DNA of 32,000 bases from an uncultured bacterium (GTDB lineage Bacteria; Margulisbacteria; WOR-1; CAVSGV01), in NCBI GenBank assembly GCA_963699255.1, contig OY969425.1, positions 1,500,001 to 1,532,000 of the forward strand, read 5' to 3'. Below the pieces are notes generated by a model. It ran no database searches. It was given only the letters and a program-made list of their open reading frames with translations, and was not told the DNA's origin. Positions 17,654-25,187 of the stretch are shown here, in pieces; position 1 is the stretch's first letter; each line of letters begins with the position of its first letter. The position numbers and the translations under genes were made by a program.

Positions 17654-18547
17654 ATGCCATTTAAAGTAGAAAAACTCGGCCCGAATTATATGGGTTCGAA
17701 AGGCTATGCTTACAGGATCTCCAGCAACAAAATTTCCATGGTCGTGACCGAACAGGGAGGAAGGATATTAAGCTTAAAAAGCGAGGGGCATGAGGTCATG
17801 TGGTCTAACCCTTATTGGTTCGAGAAAATTCCCGGGATACTTCAGAAAGGACGGGAAAAGGCGACGTGGGACGATGTTAATACTCTCGGCGGAGGAAAGA
17901 TCCAGATAGCGCCCCAGGATTTACACAAAGGGCATGTTCCGTTCCTTGATCTGCACCTTGGGCTGTTCACCAGCAGGGAGATCGACGGCGGCGTGGAACT
18001 GACCAGCCCGGTCTGTTCCGAGAGCGGTTTCCAGGTCGTTGAAAAGATCAGCATGACAGGATCGTTCACATTTGAAATAAAAACATACCTGGTAAATCAC
18101 TCAAAAACCGAAGTAAAAGCCGCTCCCTGGCTCGTATTTCAACTGCCGGTCTCCGCTATGGTGATGCTCCCCGGGCTCGTCGATATGCCCAGGGCTTTCA
18201 AGGTTTTTGGAGATGAACTTCCCGATGACGTATTGAGAGCAATTGGGCGAAACTCATTCTCCCTTACGCTCTATCCCGGAGGGAACATGTTCAAAGCCGG
18301 TTATAATTTTTCAAAGGAGTGGGACAATATCTGGCCCACCATGACGGTATATTTTCTGACCATGAACACAAGCCTCAAGTTTGAAGCGGAGAATATTGAA
18401 GGGCCTTTCCCGCATGGTTACCGCGGTGAAACGTTCGGCTGTGATAAATATTTGGAACAGGAAGTGCTCGGAAAGCTCCAGCTTTTGGGGCCCGGCCAGA
18501 GCTCCGACACATTGGATGTCAAATGCACTTTAGCACCGATCAAATGA
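17654..18547 (+). CDS. Aldose-1-epimerase/mutarotase-fold protein (DUF4380-like)
   Basis: ISMVVTEQGGRILSLKSEGHEVMWSNPYWF; beta-rich. Start at ATG 17654 with upstream GAGG; the ORF track starts at 17597. Confidence 0.6.
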   Translation: MPFKVEKLGPNYMGSKGYAYRISSNKISMVVTEQGGRILSLKSEGHEVMWSNPYWFEKIPGILQKGREKATWDDVNTLGGGKIQIAPQDLHKGHVPFLDLHLGLFTSREIDGGVELTSPVCSESGFQVVEKISMTGSFTFEIKTYLVNHSKTEVKAAPWLVFQLPVSAMVMLPGLVDMPRAFKVFGDELPDDVLRAIGRNSFSLTLYPGGNMFKAGYNFSKEWDNIWPTMTVYFLTMNTSLKFEAENIEGPFPHGYRGETFGCDKYLEQEVLGKLQLLGPGQSSDTLDVKCTLAPIK

Positions 18548-18593
18548 GCGTGTGATCGAATTATTCTGAAATGTTTAAAGTGAAGAGGAAATA

Positions 18594-19712
18594 ATGGTCA
18601 GTTTCGAAAAAACGAGATCGAATTATGGCGTTTATCCAATCAAGTATGGAGGGATGGATGCTTTTCGCCTCAGGATACCTCGAGACTTTGAGCGCGGCAT
18701 TACAGAAGCTGTGGTCCTGCGAAACGGCTTTAATATCGTCTCTGAAAAGGCCGTGATCAAGGGTCAGGCACATGAACTGCTCAGGACGAGGCCCGAAAAT
18801 GAAATCAAGGCCTTTCTGGAGGCGGATCCAAATAATTTTTTTATGATCGCCAACGCTCTCCTCTGCCCCTGGGCGAACCGTATCTGGGGGAAGAAAGAAG
18901 GAAAGCTCCTGCGGGCATCCTGGGACGGGCAGTCGCGCCTTCTACCGATGAATTTCCCCAACGAGGGGACATCTATCCACGGACTTATTTATGACCGACT
19001 TTACCAATATATCAACTGTTTTGAAACCGACCATAGTGTTGTGTTAGTGGGTATCACTCAAATATCTGACAGTGAGTGGTTCTCGTCCCTCAATATCGTT
19101 CACGAGATCGAATTGTTCTCCTCCGGAGCTCTCAGGCGCAATGTTCTTGTGGACAATACTGGCGTTTACAAAGCTCTTGCGTCGGTGGGGGAACATCTAT
19201 ATATAGATATCCCCGAAGGCCAAAAACGGGAAGATGTCACATTGGATACTTCCGCCCAGTCTGTTGTGCGCGTGGATGACAAGCTCCGCCCACTTCGCAG
19301 TGAGCCTGATGTTCTGACAAAGCTTGGGGGCGATCATTTTAAATACAATTTTCCGCTCGCGCTTGGAACGTTATCGCTTGATCATTGCTTTACGCACCTG
19401 ATAGATCCGAAGCAGGTCAAAATAGGTTTTCCGGCGCTGGGATGGGGCGTCTCAATAGAGGGCAGGACGGTAAGGGGAGGGAACCCGATCAATGCTGTTC
19501 AGATATATTCACCGACAGATCTGAAGGCTATCGCCTGTGGTTCGGTGGCGGTCGAAATGCAGGGCAACCTTCCCGATCCTTTGGATCCAGATTGGAAAGA
19601 TCACTCCGATTTCGGCCCCATGGGATATACCGGTTCGGGGATGAAGGTATTAAGACCGGGAGGAAGCCTGGACTGGGAAGTTATCCACTCTGTTTATCCG
19701 ATCAAATCCTGA
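18594..19712 (+). CDS. Aldose-1-epimerase/galactose mutarotase-like protein
   Basis: DPNNFFMIANALLCPWANRIWG, NEGTSIHGLIYDRLYQY (N..HG region) and DHCFTHL; SD-like gaagaggaa. Confidence 0.65.
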   Translation: MVSFEKTRSNYGVYPIKYGGMDAFRLRIPRDFERGITEAVVLRNGFNIVSEKAVIKGQAHELLRTRPENEIKAFLEADPNNFFMIANALLCPWANRIWGKKEGKLLRASWDGQSRLLPMNFPNEGTSIHGLIYDRLYQYINCFETDHSVVLVGITQISDSEWFSSLNIVHEIELFSSGALRRNVLVDNTGVYKALASVGEHLYIDIPEGQKREDVTLDTSAQSVVRVDDKLRPLRSEPDVLTKLGGDHFKYNFPLALGTLSLDHCFTHLIDPKQVKIGFPALGWGVSIEGRTVRGGNPINAVQIYSPTDLKAIACGSVAVEMQGNLPDPLDPDWKDHSDFGPMGYTGSGMKVLRPGGSLDWEVIHSVYPIKS

Positions 19713-19778
19713 ACCGGTACCAAGCAGATGGTTCAGAGTCTACCCGGCTTCAGCGGGCGAGTTACCTTAAAAGAAAAG

Positions 19779-19807
19779 TTGCACGAAAATATTTTTTTTG
19801 TTAAAAT
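19779..19807 (+). promoter_or_regulatory. Putative promoter upstream of the ferredoxin gene
   Basis: TTGCAC - 17 bp - TAAAAT. Confidence 0.4.
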
Positions 19808-19850
19808 ATCCCCTACATTTTCATTTTCATTTGTCATTGTGTAATTGTGA

Positions 19851-20054
<204 letters not shown>

Positions 20055-20063
20055 AAAATCCGC

Positions 20064-20091
20064 TTGACAGCTATATGTAGCGTGCTAAACT
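20064..20091 (+). promoter_or_regulatory. Putative nrd promoter with NrdR-box-like core in the spacer
   Basis: TTGACA (20064-20069) - 16 bp - TAAACT (20086-20091); the spacer contains CTATATGTAG (20071-20080), close to the NrdR core CwAtATaTwG. Confidence 0.5.
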
Positions 20092-20099
20092 CCTTCTCA

Positions 20100-20164
20100 C
20101 CCCTACACATGGAGTAGGGGCAAGCCTCCAGATATTAGGGCTTGTACCTGCCGAAGTGCAGGTA
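20100..20164 (+). ncRNA. Candidate structured leader: three directly abutting hairpins upstream of nrdR
   Basis: CCCCTAC/GTAGGGG (20100-20106/20114-20120), CAAGCC/GGCTTG (20121-20126/20139-20144), TACCTGC/GCAGGTA (20145-20151/20158-20164), then the SD aagggggag. Confidence 0.45.
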
Positions 20165-20180
20165 TTAAGGGGGAGCCAGA

Positions 20181-20655
20181 GTGAAGTGCCCGTTTTGCGG
20201 ATTTACCGAAGATAAGGTCATAGAGTCACGCGCCACGCTTGACGATACCGCCATAAGAAGAAGAAGAGAGTGCCTTAAGTGCGGGAAAAGATACACCTCA
20301 TATGAAAAAATAGAAGGCGTGGATACTTAAGGTCGTGAAGCGGGACGGCAGACGCGAACCATATAACCGCGAAAAGATAATTTCCGGGATAGTTAAAGCC
20401 CTCGAAAAAAGACCCATATCGATAAACATGATCAATGAGGTCGTGGACGAGATAGAGAAACAGATACACGCGCGTTTTCAGGGAGAAGTCCCGGCAAAGG
20501 ATATCGGCGAGCTTGTCATAGACAGGCTGCATTCGATAGACAAGGTAGCATATGTAAGGTTCGCGTCCGTTTACAGGCAGTTCGAAGATGTGAGGGATTT
20601 TGTCGATGAAGTAAAGTCAATGCCAAAGGTTACCAGTTTGGAGAAAGGGGAATAA
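20181..20655 (+). CDS. nrdR: Transcriptional repressor NrdR, interrupted (Zn ribbon 20181-20330, ATP cone 20335-20655)
   Basis: [49 protein letters not shown] then, in the +1 frame, [31 protein letters not shown]...[14 protein letters not shown]. Confidence 0.92.
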
Positions 20656-20656
20656 A

Positions 20657-22756
20657 ATGAATCCACAGGCAACAACAATGGAAAAAACCGACTCAACGGA
20701 CCTGGCCTTATTCGTAAGAACTTCTTCCGAGGACATGGTGAAGTGGGACAGGTCGAAGATAGTGGAGGCCCTTATAAAGGAGACCGGCGTCGCTCCCGAG
20801 ATGGCCAACATCATCGGTGTGGAGGTAGAAAAGCAGATAAAGACCCTGAGCATCGAGATAATAACTTCTCCCCTGATAAGGGAGCTTGTGGACGTAAAAC
20901 TTCTTGAATACGGGCTTGAGGACGCGAGGCGCAAGCACACAAGGCTTGGTGCCCCTCTTTATGATGTGAAGAACATCATTTTTAACCGGAACAAGGAGAA
21001 CGCCAACGTGCCTCACGGCCCCGAGGCGACGAACCTGACCCTCTCCGAGAACATCAAAAAAGAATTCGCGCTGCTGCATGTTTTTTCGCAGGATATAGCG
21101 GACGCGCACATATTCGGCGACATACATCTTCACGATCTCGGATTCATCGACAGGCCGTATTGCAGCGGCCAGTCAGTTGAATACGTGAAAAAATTCGGCC
21201 TCGATCTACCGAACTCCCTCTCGAATGCTAGGCCCGCGAAGCACGCGGATGTCCTGCTGGCGCAGATGGTGAAATTCTCCGCCGCACTGCAGGGCCAATT
21301 CGCGGGAGCGATAGGATGGGACGCGGTGAACATTTTCTTCGCGCCGTTCCTGGTGGGCATGTCCGACAGGGAAATAAAGCAGCTGGCGCAGATGATGGTC
21401 TACGAGTATTCACAGCAGGCGGTCGCGCGCGGCGGGCAGGCGATATTCTCCGACATAAACATCTACTGGGAGATGCCGAAGCACTTTGAGAACGTTCCCG
21501 CTCTTGGCCCTGGCGCGCAATACACCGGAAAAAAATATTCCGATTATCTGAAGGAATCCCAGAAATTCGCCTGGGCGCTGTTCGATGTCTACAAGGAAGG
21601 CGACGGGTCGGGCCGCCCGTTCTTTTTCCCGAAGCCGCTCGTCCACATGACGGAAAAGTTTTTCAAGACCGAAGGCCATGAGAAATTCCTTGAACACATA
21701 GCGGAGGTTTCGACCCTGATGGGGAATACATATTATGTCTTCGACAGGGGCGAGACGGCGAAGATATCCGAGTGCTGCAGGCTGTCATTCAAACTGGAGC
21801 AATCGGACCTGGATGACGCGAACGAGCCGTGGAAGATGAGGTATTCAGCCCTGCAGAACGTCACCATGAACCTGCCGAGGGTGGCTTTCCGCGCGAAAGG
21901 CAGCGAAGCGAATTTCTTCAAGCTGCTTGATGATGTATTTGAGCTTGCCGCGAGGGCCCATCAGGAAAAAAAGAAATTCATAGAAGAGCTTCTGGCGCTT
22001 GAGGGGAAAGGACCGCTCTCGCTTCTCGCCATGAAAAGGGACGGCCAGCCGTATCTCAGGATGTGGAGGGTCAGCTACCTGATAGGGATAATCGGACTGA
22101 ACGAGGTCGTCCAGATATTGAAAGGCAAGGAGCTTCACGAGAGCAAGGATATGGTCAAATTCGGATTAAAGGTGATATCCTACATGAAGCTGAAGTCGGA
22201 AGAGCTGTCAAAGAAATACGGCATGCATTTTGTCCTTGAACAGACGCCGGCGGAATCGACCGCTTACAGGTTCGCGAAGCTTGACCTGAAGCATTTCGGC
22301 GATGACGCGGCGCGGGTCGTAAAAGGGAACCAGGCGCTTGGCGAGGTGTACTACACGAACTCGACCTACTTTAACGTGTCGCATCCGATGAACCCGATAG
22401 ACAGGGTCGTTGAGGAAGGGCTGTTCCATCCTCTTATAGATGCGGGCGCACTGACGCACGTGTGGCTGGGCGAGTCGCAGCCTTCACCGGCGTCGATAGC
22501 GAACTTTGTCGTGAAGACGTTCAAGAATTCCCAGAACAGCCAGATAGCCTTTTCGCCGGAATTCACTTCGTGCAATGACTGCGGAAAGATCGTAAGAGGC
22601 TTAAAAGAGACATGTCCGCATTGCAACTCGTCCAATGTTGACGGCATAACCCGCATAACCGGTTACTTCTCAAAGATATCCGGCTGGAACAAGGGGAAGC
22701 TCGGCGAGCTGAAAGACAGGTACAGGGTATCACTGCCCGCGGGAGAGATGGCGTAA
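20657..22756 (+). CDS. nrdD: Anaerobic (class III) ribonucleoside-triphosphate reductase, copy A
   Basis: N-terminal ATP cone (VKWDRSKIVEALIKETGV); HDLGFIDRPYCSGQS; C-terminal zinc site CNDCGK...CPHC and glycyl-radical region TRITGYFSKISGWNKGKLGEL. Confidence 0.95.
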   Translation: MNPQATTMEKTDSTDLALFVRTSSEDMVKWDRSKIVEALIKETGVAPEMANIIGVEVEKQIKTLSIEIITSPLIRELVDVKLLEYGLEDARRKHTRLGAPLYDVKNIIFNRNKENANVPHGPEATNLTLSENIKKEFALLHVFSQDIADAHIFGDIHLHDLGFIDRPYCSGQSVEYVKKFGLDLPNSLSNARPAKHADVLLAQMVKFSAALQGQFAGAIGWDAVNIFFAPFLVGMSDREIKQLAQMMVYEYSQQAVARGGQAIFSDINIYWEMPKHFENVPALGPGAQYTGKKYSDYLKESQKFAWALFDVYKEGDGSGRPFFFPKPLVHMTEKFFKTEGHEKFLEHIAEVSTLMGNTYYVFDRGETAKISECCRLSFKLEQSDLDDANEPWKMRYSALQNVTMNLPRVAFRAKGSEANFFKLLDDVFELAARAHQEKKKFIEELLALEGKGPLSLLAMKRDGQPYLRMWRVSYLIGIIGLNEVVQILKGKELHESKDMVKFGLKVISYMKLKSEELSKKYGMHFVLEQTPAESTAYRFAKLDLKHFGDDAARVVKGNQALGEVYYTNSTYFNVSHPMNPIDRVVEEGLFHPLIDAGALTHVWLGESQPSPASIANFVVKTFKNSQNSQIAFSPEFTSCNDCGKIVRGLKETCPHCNSSNVDGITRITGYFSKISGWNKGKLGELKDRYRVSLPAGEMA

Positions 22757-22757
22757 G

Positions 22758-24908
22758 ATGCTGAGCAGCGAACTTGTTGACATGAGGACGGCGTCCGTGG
22801 CGGACGCCGATGCGTCATCCCCGGAGAAGGAATCAACCGACCTCTCGATGTTCGTAAGGACATCGGCGGATGATATAGTCGCATGGAACAGGGGGAAGAT
22901 AGTCGAAGCTCTGATCAAGGAGACCGCGATCCGGAGAGAGCTGGCGGAGATAATCGGTCTTGAGGTTGAAAAGCAGGTCAAGAAGCTCTCCATTAACTTC
23001 ATAACCGCGCCTCTGGTGAGGGAGCTCGTGGACGTGAAACTTCTGGAGTACGGCCTGGAAGACACCAGAAAGAAGCACACCCGCCTTGGGGTCCCGCTCT
23101 ATGATGTGAAGCAGATCCTGTTCCACAAGAACAGGGAGAACGCCAACACCCCGCACAACCCCGAAGCGACGAACCTGACCCTCTCGGAGAACATAAAAAA
23201 GGAATTCGCCCTTCTCCAGGTCTTTTCAGGCGCCGTGGCGGACGCCCACATGGTAGGGGACATACACATCCACGATCTCGGCTTTATAGACAGGCCGTAT
23301 TGCAGCGGGCAGTCGATAGAATTCATAAAGAAGTTCGGATTGTCCCTTCCCGAAGCCAATTTCATTTCTCCTCCGGCGGAAGAGGCGGACACCCTCATCG
23401 CGCAGATCGTGAAATTCTCTCTTGCTCTCCACGGCAACTTTGCCGGCGCCATAGGGTGGGACGCCGTGAACGTCTTTCTCGCCCCGTATATTGAGGGTTT
23501 CGGCAAAGGGCACATAAGGAAACTCGCCAAGATGTTCATAGAGGAATTCGCGCACATTGCGGTGGCGCGCGGCGGGCAGGGAGTGTTCTCCGACCTTAAC
23601 ATATATTATGAGATCCCGCGCCACTTTGAGGAAGTGCCGGCCATAGGACGGGGCGGAAAATACACGGGAAAGCTGTACAAGGATTATGAAAAGGAAGCTC
23701 AGCAGTTCGCGGAGGCGCTTTTTGACGTGTATCTGGAAGGCGACGGAGCCGGAAGGCCTTATTTCTTCCCGAAGCCGCTGGTGCACATAACGGAAAAGTT
23801 CTTCAAGACCGAGGGACACGAAAAATTCCTCGAACTTATCTCGGATGTCGCCGCGGAAAAAGGGAATACCTATTATGTTTTTGACAGGGGAGAGACCGCG
23901 AAGGTATCCGAGTGCTGCAGGCTGTCGTTCAAGCTGGAGCAGTCGGACCTGGAAGACGCGAAGGAGCCGTGGAAGATGCGGTACTCGGCCATCCAGAACA
24001 TCACGCTGAACCTTCCCCGCGCTTCATACAAAGCGGGCGGATCGGACGAAAAGCTGTTCGAGGAGCTGACCAGGCAGATGGAGCTGGCGGTTTCGGCCCA
24101 CAAGCAGAAAAGGCAGTTCATTGAGGAGCTTCTGGGCCTGGGCAGTGACGGGCCGCTTTCGCTTCTCGCCATGAAAAAGGACGGGGAGCCTTACCTGAGG
24201 CTGAAGAGGGTCACGCATCTCATAGGAATGCTCGGGCTTAACGAGCTTGTGCAGCACCACACGGGAAAGCAGCTGCATGAGAGCGATGAGAGCGTGAAGT
24301 TCGGGATGAAAGTGATAGCTTTCATGAAGCTGAAATGCGAGGAGTTCTCCAAGCTGCATAACATGCATTTTGTCCTGGAGCAGACGCCCGCGGAATCCAC
24401 GGCTTACAGGTTCGCGAAGCTGGACATGAAGCATTTTGGCCCCGTCGCCTCCGGCATAGTGAAGGGCGACCTGGCCGCGAACAACATATATTACACGAAC
24501 TCGACCTATTTCAACATTTCTCATCCGATGAACCCCATCGACAGGGTGGTAAAAGAAGGGCTCTTCCATCCGCTTATAGACGCGGGGGCGCTGACGCACG
24601 TGTGGCTGGGGGAGGCGCGGCCGTCCGCCCAGTCGATCGCGAACTTCGTGGTCAAGACCTTCAGGAACTCTTCCAACAGCCAGATAGCTTTCTCTCCGGA
24701 ATTCACGACATGCAATTCGTGCGGAAAAACGGTGAGGGGGATAAAGGATAAGTGCGCCGCATGCGGGAGCACCGAGATAGAGTGCATGACAAGGATCACG
24801 GGGTATTTCTCGAAGATATCCGGCTGGAACAAGGGAAAGCTTGGGGAGCTGGCGGACAGGTACAAGAACCGGGAGTATTTCATCAAAGAAAGCGGGGAGC
24901 AGACATGA
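22758..24908 (+). CDS. nrdD: Anaerobic (class III) ribonucleoside-triphosphate reductase, copy B
   Basis: Full-length paralogue of copy A; CNSCGKTVRGIKDKCAACGS and TRITGYFSKISGWNKGKLGEL. Confidence 0.95.
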   Translation: MLSSELVDMRTASVADADASSPEKESTDLSMFVRTSADDIVAWNRGKIVEALIKETAIRRELAEIIGLEVEKQVKKLSINFITAPLVRELVDVKLLEYGLEDTRKKHTRLGVPLYDVKQILFHKNRENANTPHNPEATNLTLSENIKKEFALLQVFSGAVADAHMVGDIHIHDLGFIDRPYCSGQSIEFIKKFGLSLPEANFISPPAEEADTLIAQIVKFSLALHGNFAGAIGWDAVNVFLAPYIEGFGKGHIRKLAKMFIEEFAHIAVARGGQGVFSDLNIYYEIPRHFEEVPAIGRGGKYTGKLYKDYEKEAQQFAEALFDVYLEGDGAGRPYFFPKPLVHITEKFFKTEGHEKFLELISDVAAEKGNTYYVFDRGETAKVSECCRLSFKLEQSDLEDAKEPWKMRYSAIQNITLNLPRASYKAGGSDEKLFEELTRQMELAVSAHKQKRQFIEELLGLGSDGPLSLLAMKKDGEPYLRLKRVTHLIGMLGLNELVQHHTGKQLHESDESVKFGMKVIAFMKLKCEEFSKLHNMHFVLEQTPAESTAYRFAKLDMKHFGPVASGIVKGDLAANNIYYTNSTYFNISHPMNPIDRVVKEGLFHPLIDAGALTHVWLGEARPSAQSIANFVVKTFRNSSNSQIAFSPEFTTCNSCGKTVRGIKDKCAACGSTEIECMTRITGYFSKISGWNKGKLGELADRYKNREYFIKESGEQT

Positions 24909-25186
24909 AGGTAAAAGTTTTCGGTAAACCGGGCTGCGAGTTTTGCAAGACCACGATGAAGAAGTTCCAGACGTTCCTTACCCTGTGGAAGATAACGGAC
25001 AAGGTCGAACTTTCCTTTTATGACATGGAGACAGTGGACGGGCTTGCGGAAGGCGCGTTCATGAGCGTTGCAAAGGTCCCGACCTCCATAATAGAGAAGG
25101 ACGGCCAGATCGTAGCGAGATGGGACGGGAAAGTCCCCGTATCAGAGGAATTCAAGCCGTGCTTTGAGCACATGCTGGCCGCCTAG
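24905..25186 (+). CDS. Glutaredoxin/NrdH-like redoxin
   Basis: MKVKVFGKPGCEFCKTTMKKFQTFLTLW (CxxC), KVPTSII (cis-Pro region); ATGA overlap with the nrdD stop. Confidence 0.75.
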   Translation: MKVKVFGKPGCEFCKTTMKKFQTFLTLWKITDKVELSFYDMETVDGLAEGAFMSVAKVPTSIIEKDGQIVARWDGKVPVSEEFKPCFEHMLAA

Positions 25187-25187
25187 T

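Noticed and set aside
20318-20337. Programmed ribosomal frameshift in nrdR
   Set aside because: No plausible slippery codon for P-site re-pairing (ACT to CTT) and no prfB-like context. An indel or true split gene is more likely.
23226-23819. 197-aa and other minus-strand ORFs opposite the nrdD genes
   Set aside because: The same shadow ORFs recur at homologous positions of both nrdD copies, which is explained by paralogy of the sense strand.
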